A stretch of DNA of 64,000 nt from Spirochaetia bacterium (GTDB lineage Bacteria > Spirochaetota > Spirochaetia > UBA9216). A program made the translations under genes and the position numbers. Where the stretch lies: positions 1,568,001 through 1,632,000 of the forward strand of contig CAXXYH010000004.1 in the NCBI GenBank assembly GCA_963677925.2, given 5' to 3'. The first letter of the stretch is position 1; each line of letters opens with the position of its first letter. Below the pieces are notes generated by a model. That model saw only the letters and a program-made list of their open reading frames with translations, ran no database searches and was not told the origin of the DNA. Of this stretch, positions 29,126 through 38,539 are shown piece after piece.

Positions 29126-29160
29126 TACTTTATTATATAATTAATTATTTTACTCAGCAA
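29126..29160 (-). promoter_or_regulatory. sigma70-like promoter positioned for leaderless MCP mRNA
   Basis: TTGCTG-N17-TATAAT-N6-ATG; no SD. Confidence 0.6.
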
Positions 29161-29243
29161 TAAATGAAAAAATTTTAACTGTTTACTTACATGTCGGCAA
29201 TAAACATAGCCGGCTGCGGAAATTTCAGGCCGGCCCGGATTTT

Positions 29244-30601
29244 TTATTCTGATTTCTGCTGGACTTTGAGCCTTGAGTCAATCAGTACGCCGATGAAATA
29301 ACATCCGAATGCTCGGCAAGTGTCCAGACAGAGCTTAAGGCCAGGCCCATTCTGCCGAACACTATGCTCAGTGCTGCGCCTCCTGTTATTGTAATCAGGC
29401 CGGTGACTCTGCCGCCTTTTTTAAAATGAAAGATATCGAAGAACAGGGGCAGAAAGCACATCAGTATCCTTGATGTTGATACGGAAAGTTCTACTATATA
29501 GGCAGTCTTTCTGAACGCGAAAACCGCCACCGCTGCGGTGATGATTACAATAAAGACCCGTCCGTACCAGAGGTTTCTGGTGTTGCGGGTTATATCCCTT
29601 GTCACCATGGATGAAAGTGTAAGTATGATGGAATTGGAAGTTGATATACTGGCAAATACAATGCTGAGCGCCACAGCCATTCCCAGGCCTTTGCCCATCA
29701 ATCCGATAAGTCCGATAATTACATTATCACGGCCGGTTATTTCAGCAAGGTTTCCATTAATAGTAGCGTATTTGGCAGCGAAACCTATGAGACAGGTGAT
29801 AAGCGTATATGCTGTACCGACAACGGCGAAAAGAATAATCATCTTTCTAAATCCGTTTTTATCTTTGATGATGAACAGCCTCTGTACAACCTGCGGGTTC
29901 GTGAGCGCAAAAAAGGCCCAGGGAAGGGTCATATTGATAAAAAACACGGGGGTCCATACCCTGTTGGGAAAGGTTGAAGCTTCAAAACCGCCGAAACTGT
30001 CACCGGCCCAGACCAGTGCAATTACGGCAACCGCAATCATAAACAGGCCCTGAACAGCGTCGGTCAGTGCAACACCCCGCAGTCCGCCTATCAGCGACCA
30101 GATGCATATTAGCACTGCGGCGACAACCACGCCTGCACCGTAGCTTATGCCGAAATTACCGAAAATAATGGAAAGTCCGATTACCTGTGCAGCGGTATAT
30201 GGAACCAGTGCCAATATCGATACTGCCGCTCCGGCGGTGCCGGAATGCTTGCCGAATCTTGAAGAGAAGAGTTCCATCGGAGAAACCATACCCTCATCCC
30301 GGCTTATCTTCCAGATTCTCTTCCCGTATATTGAGAGGAGTATTACCGTAGCAACAAGGTAGGCAAGCTCAAAAATCATGGAACCGATTCCGGTTGAATA
30401 GGAAAGGCCTACAAGTCCGACCATCATAAAGGATGAATAGGTTGTTGCGGCATAGGTAAGGGCGCTTACCACCCAGTGGATTCCCCTTCCGCCTATGAAA
30501 TAGGATTCCTGCGAATTACCGCTTCTTGCTCTTCCCGCGTAAACAGCAATCCCTGTTCCTGCAGCAACATATATAATCATTAATACCATAAAGCCTGACA
30601 T
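29244..30601 (-). pseudogene. sodium:solute symporter (SSS) with 1-bp frameshift in last TM helix
   Basis: SYFIGGR, ATTYSSFMMVG, GGLRGVALTDAVQG, PQVVQR; main frame stops at 29282 but a shifted frame from about 29312 continues AFGCYFIGVLIDSRLKVQQKSE*. Confidence 0.75.
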
Positions 30602-30690
30602 TGCAGCCTCCTTGAAATTTAGCAGAATTTTACCTGCAGGGCTGAAAGTGTCAATTGAATATTAAAAAAAGAAAAAATGTGTAAATAAAA

Positions 30691-30720
30691 ATTGCATGCA
30701 ATATGATAGAAGTGTATAAT
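30691..30720 (+). promoter_or_regulatory. promoter of GABA operon with overlapping palindromic operator
   Basis: TTGCAT-N17-TATAAT; perfect palindrome ATTGCATGCAAT (30691-30702) over the -35, consistent with a GntR/FadR site. Confidence 0.6.
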
Positions 30721-30752
30721 GTTTTAAAATATCCAATACAATTAAGGAGAAT

Positions 30753-32021
30753 ATGATGCATCCATCAGAGATTGGTGAAATTTCATCAGTATGGACTCAT
30801 TCAACAGGAATCCTTGCAGATCATGCAAAGGGCTGCTGGTTTTACGATAAAGAAGGCAATTCCTACCTGGATTTCACCAGCGGAATAGGCGTAACAAATA
30901 CCGGACACTGCCACCCGAAGGTTGTTGAAGCTATAAAGAAGCAGTCAGAATCCATGATTTTCGGGCAGTTCAATATTGTCTACCACCAGCCTGTTGCTGA
31001 CCTGGTAAATGAATTGAAAACGGTTGTTCCGGCAGGGCTTGATACTTTCTTTTTTGCAAGCAGCGGTGCCGAGGCTGTTGAAGGTGCAGTGAAGCTTGCA
31101 AAGCATGCAACCGGGCGTCCAAATGTGATTGTTTTTAACGGCAGCTTTCACGGGCGTACCCATCTTACAATGGCAATGACAACAAGCAAGACAATATACA
31201 GAGAGGGGTATGCGCCGCTTGTCTCCGGTATCTATGTATCTCCTTATCCCTATTCCTTCTATTACGGATGGGATGATCAGACTACATGCGACTTTGCCAT
31301 AAAAGAATTAAAAAGGGTTCTTCTTGGGCAGACGAAGCCTTCCGAGACTGCTGCCATCATTATCGAGCCGGTTCTTGGTGAAGGCGGCTACGTCGTTCCG
31401 CCGAAGGGATTTCTGCAGGCGGTTCGGGACATCTGCGACGAATACGGTATTATGATGATTGCCGATGAGGTTCAGTCCGGATTCTGCAGAACGGGAAAGT
31501 TCTTTGCTGTTCAGCATGAAAATGTTCTTCCGGACATCATGACTATGGCAAAGGGGCTTGGATCAGGCGTCCCTATTTCGGGTATTGCCTACAAGCGTGA
31601 GCTGCAGGAAAAATGGGTTCCGGGCAGCCACGGAGGAACCTACTCGGGAAACACACTAGCCTGCGCAGCTGCTGCCGCAACAATCCGTGTAATGAAAGAG
31701 GAAAAGCTTGATCAGAATGCTGCCGAGCGCGGTGCCCAGCTGATGGACGGACTTAAAAAGCTTCAGCAGAAATATCCGGTTATAGCGGATGTCCGGGGAC
31801 TGGGCTGTATGGTTGCAACTGAGTTTATAAAGGATGGAAAACCGGACGCCGACACGGTAAAAGCTGTGATTAAGGCAGCCTTCGATGAGAAGCTTCTTAT
31901 GCTTAACTGCGGAACATTCGGCAACATCATCAGATGGATTCCGCCGCTGGTTGTTACTAAAGATGAAATGGATGATGCCCTCGAACGATTCAGCAGAGCA
32001 CTTGCGAAGGTCATAGGCTGA
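30753..32021 (+). CDS. gabT: class III aminotransferase, probable 4-aminobutyrate aminotransferase
   Basis: SGAEAVEGA, SFHGRT, EPVLGEGG, DEVQSG, MAKG, HGGTY; context with abfD. Confidence 0.8.
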   Translation: MMHPSEIGEISSVWTHSTGILADHAKGCWFYDKEGNSYLDFTSGIGVTNTGHCHPKVVEAIKKQSESMIFGQFNIVYHQPVADLVNELKTVVPAGLDTFFFASSGAEAVEGAVKLAKHATGRPNVIVFNGSFHGRTHLTMAMTTSKTIYREGYAPLVSGIYVSPYPYSFYYGWDDQTTCDFAIKELKRVLLGQTKPSETAAIIIEPVLGEGGYVVPPKGFLQAVRDICDEYGIMMIADEVQSGFCRTGKFFAVQHENVLPDIMTMAKGLGSGVPISGIAYKRELQEKWVPGSHGGTYSGNTLACAAAAATIRVMKEEKLDQNAAERGAQLMDGLKKLQQKYPVIADVRGLGCMVATEFIKDGKPDADTVKAVIKAAFDEKLLMLNCGTFGNIIRWIPPLVVTKDEMDDALERFSRALAKVIG

Positions 32022-32027
32022 TAACTA

Positions 32028-32687
32028 ATGGCAGAGAGACAGAAACTGGGCGACAAAGTATATGAACAGATCTCCGAGATGATTCTCAGGCAGGATATTG
32101 CCTGCGGTGAGCGTATTTCGGTAGATGCGCTGTCAAAAAAGCTTGGTGTCAGCCGTACACCGGTAACCGAGGCGATTCAGAGGCTTGCAAAGGAGGGAAT
32201 TGTGAATCTTTCCCTTCACCGAAGTGCCGAAGTATGTACATTCGGCAGAAAAGAGATCTCAGACCTCGGCTTTACCCGAATTGCACTTGATACAGTTGCG
32301 GTTCAGCTTGCAGTCCGTCACGGGAGCAATGCCGACTTTGACGAACTGAGGCTTATTGCCCAGCAATGTCTGGAAACTGCCAAGTCCGGGGATATATATA
32401 ACTGGATCAGGCTTGAATGTGATTTCCATCTGAGTCTGGCAAAGATCGGAAAGAACGACAATCTTGTTAAAATTATTGAAGAGCTTTATCTCAAGATAAG
32501 ACTGCTCCAGTTTGTTATCTATAAAAATACCGAAATCAGTCTGAAGATGATCGAACTTCATTTTGATATGGTTGATAAGCTCAAAGAGCGTGATGTTGAA
32601 GGTGTGATCAAGCTTATACACAGACATCTTGCCTATTTTTATGATCTTGATGATCACAGCATCAGAACAATGATAATTGACTTTTAG
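32028..32687 (+). CDS. GntR/FadR family regulator (FCD)
   Basis: LGVSRTPVTEAIQRL HTH; FH and H residues of FCD domain. Confidence 0.9.
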   Translation: MAERQKLGDKVYEQISEMILRQDIACGERISVDALSKKLGVSRTPVTEAIQRLAKEGIVNLSLHRSAEVCTFGRKEISDLGFTRIALDTVAVQLAVRHGSNADFDELRLIAQQCLETAKSGDIYNWIRLECDFHLSLAKIGKNDNLVKIIEELYLKIRLLQFVIYKNTEISLKMIELHFDMVDKLKERDVEGVIKLIHRHLAYFYDLDDHSIRTMIIDF

Positions 32688-32697
32688 GAGAACCAAT

Positions 32698-34158
32698 ATG
32701 GCATTAATGACAGGAAAAGAGTACAGAGAGAGCCTTAGAAACAGACGGCCTCTTAACGTTTACATGGCAGGGGAGAAAATTGATAACCCCTATGATCACC
32801 CTATTATCGCTGCATCAATAAATTCAATAGCACTCACCTATGAACTGGCCGAAGACCCTAAATACCGGGACGATATGACCGCCACATCGGCACTGACAGG
32901 AAAGACCATCAACCGTTTCTGTCACCTCCACCAGAGTCCTGAAGACCTCTATAAAAAGGTTGGAATGCAGAGACTTCTCGGTCAGAAATGCGGTACCTGT
33001 TTTCAGCGCTGTGTCGGCATGGATGCATTTAACGCTACGTTCTCGACTACATATGAAATGGATGAAAAATATGGAACAAACTACCATGAGCGGTTTAAGA
33101 AATACATGCTTGAGGTTGAAGAGAGAGACCTGGTTGTAGACGGATGTATGACAGACCCCAAGGGTGATCGCGGTAAGAGACCAAGTCAGCTTTCAGATCC
33201 TGATCTCTATGTTCATGTAGTTGAAAGAAGGGAAGACGGTATTGTTATAAAGGGCGCAAAGGCCCATCAGACAGGCTGCATCAACTCTCATCATGCCCTT
33301 GTAATGCCCACTATTACGATGACTGAAGAGGATAAGGAATGGGCTGTATGCTGTGCGGTTGAATCCGATGATCCGGGAATCACATACATCTACGGCCGCC
33401 AGTCATGCGATACAAGGCTGACTGAAGATCCGGACGGAGACAACATGGATGCCGGAAGTCCCCGATTCGGAGGACAGGAAGCACTTATGGTTTTTGACAA
33501 TGTATTTGTCCCCTGGGACAGGGTTTTCATGGATGGCGAATACGACTTCTCGGGAATGCTTGTTGAAAGATTTGCCGGATATCACCGCTCAAGCTACGCA
33601 TGCAAGACCGGTGTCGGTGATGTAGCAATCGGAGCCGCCCAGCTGATAGCAGAGTACAACGGCGCCGCAAAAGCCTCTCATGTAAAGGATAAAATTGTTG
33701 AGATGAATCATCTTAACGAAACTATATGGTCAAGCGCAGCTGCATGCGCATGGCTTGGAAAGAAGATGAAGGCGGGCAACTATCTTATCGACCTTCTTCT
33801 GGCAAACGTATGTAAGCAGAATGTAACCCGCTTTCCTTATGAGATAGCAAGGCTCCTTCAGGACATTGCCGGCGGTATCATGGTAACAATGCCCCATGCA
33901 AAGGACCTTAAGAATCCCGCCACCGCTGATCTGGTTAAAAAATACCTGGCAGGAGCGGAAGGTACCGATACAGTGGAAAGAATGAAGGTTCTCCGTCTTA
34001 TTGAGAACCTGACTATGGGAAGAGCCGCTGTTGGCTACCTCACCGAGTCAATGCACGGTGCAGGGTCTCCCCAGGCTCAGCGTATTATGATTGCAAGACA
34101 GGCTGATGTCCAGCGCAAAAAGGAATATGCCAAAAACCTTGCAGGAATAAAGGACTGA
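32698..34158 (+). CDS. abfD: 4-hydroxybutyryl-CoA dehydratase/vinylacetyl-CoA isomerase
   Basis: CFQRCVGMD, MTDPKGDR, YHRSSYACK (Fe-S ligands), ESMHGAGSPQAQ; AGGAG before ATG 32698. Confidence 0.95.
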   Translation: MALMTGKEYRESLRNRRPLNVYMAGEKIDNPYDHPIIAASINSIALTYELAEDPKYRDDMTATSALTGKTINRFCHLHQSPEDLYKKVGMQRLLGQKCGTCFQRCVGMDAFNATFSTTYEMDEKYGTNYHERFKKYMLEVEERDLVVDGCMTDPKGDRGKRPSQLSDPDLYVHVVERREDGIVIKGAKAHQTGCINSHHALVMPTITMTEEDKEWAVCCAVESDDPGITYIYGRQSCDTRLTEDPDGDNMDAGSPRFGGQEALMVFDNVFVPWDRVFMDGEYDFSGMLVERFAGYHRSSYACKTGVGDVAIGAAQLIAEYNGAAKASHVKDKIVEMNHLNETIWSSAAACAWLGKKMKAGNYLIDLLLANVCKQNVTRFPYEIARLLQDIAGGIMVTMPHAKDLKNPATADLVKKYLAGAEGTDTVERMKVLRLIENLTMGRAAVGYLTESMHGAGSPQAQRIMIARQADVQRKKEYAKNLAGIKD

Positions 34159-34166
34159 GGTGAGCT

Positions 34167-35459
34167 ATGAAGGACTTGAAAAGTCTGTATAAGCAGAAAC
34201 TGACGGATGCCGCCTCTGCGGTATCCGTTTCGGTGAAATCAGGGGACCAGGTTGTGCTGGGGCACTGTGCCGGCGTGCCGGTTGAACTCACTGCGGCTAT
34301 GACTGCGCAGGCTGAAAGACTGAATGACGTAAGGGTCTTCCACATGGTGCCCCTGCATGACTGCTCCTACTGCGCTCCTGAATACGAGGGAACCTTCCGG
34401 CATACGACAATATTTGCCGGAGGACCTACCAGGGGCTCGGTAAACGAGGGACGGGCGGACTTCATTCCCTGCTATTTCTCAGAGCTTCCCAGACGATTTA
34501 GAGAGAAGACGATCGACTGCGATGTCGCGATGATTATGGTATCGCCGCCTGATGAGCACGGTTTCATGAGCTACGGAATATCGGTTGATTACACGCTGCA
34601 GGCTGCGCAGTCCGCCCGTGTGGTTGTAGCAGAAGTTAACAGCAGGATGCCGCGGACCTTCGGTTCGTTCATTCATGTTTCGGAGATCGACTATCTTATT
34701 GAAACCGACTATGATCCCATTGAAATACCGCTCCCTAAAATTACCGAGGTTGAACAGAAGATAGGCAGCTACGTTGCAGAGCTTGTGCCAGACGGTGCGA
34801 ACCTTCAGCTGGGCATAGGCGCAATTCCCGATGCAGCCCTGCATTTTCTCACAGAGAAAAAAGATCTGGGAATCCACTCCGAGATGTTCTCCGACGGTGT
34901 TGTCGATCTTTATGAAAAGGGTGTTGTAACAAACCGCTTCAACAATCTCAATCCGGGGAAATTTGTGGCAACCTTTCTTATGGGCACAAAACGCCTTTAC
35001 AGCTTTGCCCACAACAACCCTGCCGTCATGATGAAACCGGTGGATTACACCAATAATGTACTTGTTGCCGGCCATTTGAAAAAACTGATTTCCATAAATT
35101 CTGCGATCGAGGTAGACCTTTACGGACAGGTATGTGCCGACATGATAGGGCCTAAGCAGTTTTCCGCGGTAGGCGGCCAGGTGGACTTTGTCCGGGCAGC
35201 CATGCATTCAGAAGGCGGAAAGTCGATAATTGCCTTCCCTTCAACTGGAAAGGGCGGACAGATCTCAAGGATTACTCCCTTATTGAAAGCAGGAGCCTGC
35301 GTGACTACCTCGCGTCATGATGTTGATTACATTGTAACAGAATATGGTATTGCAGCGCTCAAAGGCAAATCGAACTCACAGCGAGCACAGGAGCTTATTA
35401 ACATCGCCCATCCCGATTTCAGAGATGAGCTGAGCGCTGCACTGAAGAGGAATGACTGA
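34167..35459 (+). CDS. cat2: 4-hydroxybutyrate CoA-transferase (acetyl-CoA hydrolase/transferase family)
   Basis: LQLGIGAIP, DLGIHSEM, GGQVDF, TEYG; follows abfD. Confidence 0.85.
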   Translation: MKDLKSLYKQKLTDAASAVSVSVKSGDQVVLGHCAGVPVELTAAMTAQAERLNDVRVFHMVPLHDCSYCAPEYEGTFRHTTIFAGGPTRGSVNEGRADFIPCYFSELPRRFREKTIDCDVAMIMVSPPDEHGFMSYGISVDYTLQAAQSARVVVAEVNSRMPRTFGSFIHVSEIDYLIETDYDPIEIPLPKITEVEQKIGSYVAELVPDGANLQLGIGAIPDAALHFLTEKKDLGIHSEMFSDGVVDLYEKGVVTNRFNNLNPGKFVATFLMGTKRLYSFAHNNPAVMMKPVDYTNNVLVAGHLKKLISINSAIEVDLYGQVCADMIGPKQFSAVGGQVDFVRAAMHSEGGKSIIAFPSTGKGGQISRITPLLKAGACVTTSRHDVDYIVTEYGIAALKGKSNSQRAQELINIAHPDFRDELSAALKRND

Positions 35460-36259
35460 TGGAATATACCAAACTCAAACTTGAAATAGCCGGCGGCACT
35501 GCGGTTATCACTTTCTGCAGTCCGGAAACCCTGAATGCCCTTAACTCTCAGGCTCTGACTGAACTCGGCGACGCTGTAGCGGAAGTTAAGAAAGCCGCAG
35601 CGGCCGACAGAAGGCTTCGGGCGCTGATAATTACCGGTGAAGGCAAGGCCTTCGTTGCAGGTGCCGACATCAAAGAGATGAGCAGCATGGGCTCCGTTGA
35701 TGCCGCCGGTTTCTCGAGGTTCGGAAACAATGTTTTCGCTGCGATCGACAATCTGCCGATTCCGGTAATTGCGGCCGTGAACGGTTATGCCCTCGGAGGT
35801 GGGCTTGAACTCGTGCTTGCCTGTGATTTTGCCTACGCTGCGGAGACCGCTAAGCTTGGACTGCCCGAGACCACCCTCGGCATTATTCCCGGCTTCGGCG
35901 GCAGCAAGAGGCTTGCCGATCGGATAGGGAAGGCCGCCGCCAAGGAACTGGTATTCACCGGCAGAATGATCGATACCTCCGAAGCCCTGAGGCTGAGGAT
36001 TGTGAATCGGGTTGTTCCTGCGGAAAGCCTGCTCGACACAGTAAAAACGGTAGTGTCCGAGATTTCAAAATCGAGTCCCAATGCCGCATGTGAGGTTAAA
36101 GAGCTTCTGAATAAGTGTCAGGACAACAGCATTGAGGCAATGACTGCATTGGAATCAAATAAGTTCGGCCTTATTTTCGGTCATCCTGATTCAGCTGAAG
36201 GCCAGAAAGCCTTTATAGATAAACGGAAACCCGACTGGTACAAAGGAGATAAAAGTTGA
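35459..36259 (+). CDS. crt: enoyl-CoA hydratase (crotonase)
   Basis: AFVAGADI, AVNGYALGGGLEL, LPETTLGIIPGFGG. Confidence 0.88.
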   Translation: MEYTKLKLEIAGGTAVITFCSPETLNALNSQALTELGDAVAEVKKAAAADRRLRALIITGEGKAFVAGADIKEMSSMGSVDAAGFSRFGNNVFAAIDNLPIPVIAAVNGYALGGGLELVLACDFAYAAETAKLGLPETTLGIIPGFGGSKRLADRIGKAAAKELVFTGRMIDTSEALRLRIVNRVVPAESLLDTVKTVVSEISKSSPNAACEVKELLNKCQDNSIEAMTALESNKFGLIFGHPDSAEGQKAFIDKRKPDWYKGDKS

Positions 36260-37107
36260 ATATAGAAAAAGCAGGAATCTTCGGCGGCGGGACTATGGGA
36301 ACCGGAATAATTCAGGTTTTTGCTTCTGCCGGAATTAAAACACATCTTGTTTCAGTAGTGGAGGGTGAGGCGGCTCGCAGTCTTGCATCAATTACCCGGA
36401 ACCTTGATAAGCTTGTTCAGAAGGAAAAAATTACTGCTGAACGTAAGGATGAAATCCTCTCAAATATAAGCAGTTCCGCAGATGTACAGGATTTTGCGGA
36501 CTGCGGGATAGTCGTGGAAGCGGTTCTTGAAGACAGGGAACTGAAAAAAAACATATTCAGACAGGTTGAGGACGCTGTTTCTGAGCAGTGCATTATTGCC
36601 AGCAACACATCAACCATTTCTATCACCGAGCTCGCTTCTGCTGTTAAACTGCAGGAAAGGTTTATCGGGGTGCATTTTATGAATCCGGCACCTGTGATGC
36701 AGCTCATTGAGGTTATAACTGCTCTTCAAAGTTCGCAGGAGACAATAGATACAGTAATGGCTCTCTGTGAGAAGCTCGGAAAAACCGGAGTGCTTGTTAA
36801 GGATTCTCCGGGCTTTGTTCTTAATCGGATTCTGATTCCCCTTATCAACGAGGGGGCGGAATGTCTTGATAACGGTATCGCTGATGCTGAAGCGATCGAT
36901 TCAATAATGAAGCTGGGAGCTAATCATCCGATCGGACCGCTGGCACTCGGTGATCTTGTAGGTCTTGATGTCTGCCTCAAGATTATGGAAGTTTTATACA
37001 GTGATTTCGGCGATTCCAAATACCGGCCGTCACCGCTGCTTCGCAGAATGGTTGCTGCCGGATATCTCGGCAGAAAGACCGGACGCGGATTTTACACATA
37101 TAACTAA
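36256..37107 (+). CDS. hbd: 3-hydroxybutyryl-CoA dehydrogenase
   Basis: GGGTMGTGI, ASNTS, GVHFMNP, HPIGPLALGDLVGLD, GRKTGRGFY. Confidence 0.92.
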   Translation: MNIEKAGIFGGGTMGTGIIQVFASAGIKTHLVSVVEGEAARSLASITRNLDKLVQKEKITAERKDEILSNISSSADVQDFADCGIVVEAVLEDRELKKNIFRQVEDAVSEQCIIASNTSTISITELASAVKLQERFIGVHFMNPAPVMQLIEVITALQSSQETIDTVMALCEKLGKTGVLVKDSPGFVLNRILIPLINEGAECLDNGIADAEAIDSIMKLGANHPIGPLALGDLVGLDVCLKIMEVLYSDFGDSKYRPSPLLRRMVAAGYLGRKTGRGFYTYN

Positions 37108-37118
37108 GGAGATAAATT

Positions 37119-38258
37119 ATGATGAACATATGGCCTGTTCCGCAGGTGAAAATCGGAGAGAATGCAATAGCAGAAATTCCGGCAGCTCTGGATGCTCTTA
37201 GTGCAGATACAGTAATGGTGGTTACCGACCAGGGGATAATCAAGGTCGGAATCTACGATAAGGTTAAAAAAATTCTCGAAAATGCCGGAAAGAAGATTGT
37301 TCTTGTCGATGATGTTCAGCCGGATCCGAGTATGCAGCTGGTGGACAGTATTGCTGAAAAGGCACGTCACAGCGGTGCTGAGGCGGTTATCGGACTGGGC
37401 GGCGGTTCTTCAATAGATTCAGCCAAGGTAGCTGCGGCCCTTGTCGGAAATGAAGGCAGTATAAAGCAGTATCTCGGTGTCGGAATCCTTCCGAAGCCCG
37501 GACTGCCCATTCTTGCCGTTCCGACGACTGCGGGAACCGGTTCGGAGGTGACCTACCTCTCAATTCTCTCTGATCTTGAAAACGAGACAAAAAAGGGTTT
37601 CGGTACACCCTTTATCATGCCTAAATACGCCTTTCTTGATCCTCTGCTGACAGTAGGTCTTCCCCCGCACATTACCGCGCCTACCGGCATGGATGCTTTA
37701 TGCCACTGCGTTGAGGCCTATACCTCGGCCAATGCCACCGATTTCAGCGATTCACTGGCTGTAAAGGCTATTGAACTTATCGGAACTAATATCAGAACAG
37801 CCTTCAGCAACGGGGGCGATGTAAAAGCACGTGAAAATATGCTGCTTGGAAGCCTTATGGCCGGAATTGCCTTTGCAAATGCCGGAGTAACCGCGGTCCA
37901 CGCCTTTGCCTATCCGCTGGGAGGCATGTTTCATGTCCCGCACGGCATGGCTAACAGCCTGATGCTGCCTGTAATTATCAAGTTCAACGCCTCCGCAAAG
38001 AAAGAACGCTTCGGTCATGTTGCTGAACTGCTTTCGGGTAAGGCCGGCGCCGACTGGCAGGACTGTATTACAGAGGTTGAAAGGCTCTGTGTTGATGTAA
38101 AACTGCCCCGGAACCTGAAGGCAATTGATATTCCTGAATCGGCAATCCAGCCGATGTCGGTCTCGGTAATGGATCAGACAAGACTTCTTGTAAATAACCC
38201 GAGGGAGGTTACACAGAAAGACGCCTTTGATATTTATACAGAGGCCTGGGGACGCTGA
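37119..38258 (+). CDS. iron-containing alcohol dehydrogenase, probable 4-hydroxybutyrate dehydrogenase
   Basis: GGGSSIDSAK, PTTAGTGSE, DALCH, VHAFAY, PHG; specificity inferred from operon. Confidence 0.8.
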   Translation: MMNIWPVPQVKIGENAIAEIPAALDALSADTVMVVTDQGIIKVGIYDKVKKILENAGKKIVLVDDVQPDPSMQLVDSIAEKARHSGAEAVIGLGGGSSIDSAKVAAALVGNEGSIKQYLGVGILPKPGLPILAVPTTAGTGSEVTYLSILSDLENETKKGFGTPFIMPKYAFLDPLLTVGLPPHITAPTGMDALCHCVEAYTSANATDFSDSLAVKAIELIGTNIRTAFSNGGDVKARENMLLGSLMAGIAFANAGVTAVHAFAYPLGGMFHVPHGMANSLMLPVIIKFNASAKKERFGHVAELLSGKAGADWQDCITEVERLCVDVKLPRNLKAIDIPESAIQPMSVSVMDQTRLLVNNPREVTQKDAFDIYTEAWGR

Positions 38259-38340
38259 GGACTGCAAAACAGGAGACTGCAGTGCAGATAACCCAGCTGC
38301 AGAGGGCTGTGCTGCGTGCCGGGGCAGTAATCTTTGTTCC

Positions 38341-38379
38341 AAAAGTTGGCCGGAAATTCTCCGGTCAGCTCTTTTTTTC
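38341..38379 (+). terminator. intrinsic terminator of GABA operon
   Basis: GTTGGCCGGA-AATTC-TCCGGTCAGC followed by T-run. Confidence 0.7.
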
Positions 38380-38539
38380 TCTGATTTAAGTATCCTTGTC
38401 TTGATTCAAATCATGATTTTTATTACTTTTTATCTGCAGCCCGCGTCTTTAAAAAAAATTAAAACAGAAAAATCAATGAAAAGCCGAATTTAACCTTATA
38501 AGTGGAAGTTTGAATTTTAGTTTACTATAATGGAAGAGG

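Noticed and set aside
38227-38493. Cys-rich 88-aa ORF and CTGCA repeats after the Fe-ADH gene
   Set aside because: It overlaps the ADH end and runs through the terminator, has no convincing start, and the repeats are short and irregular.
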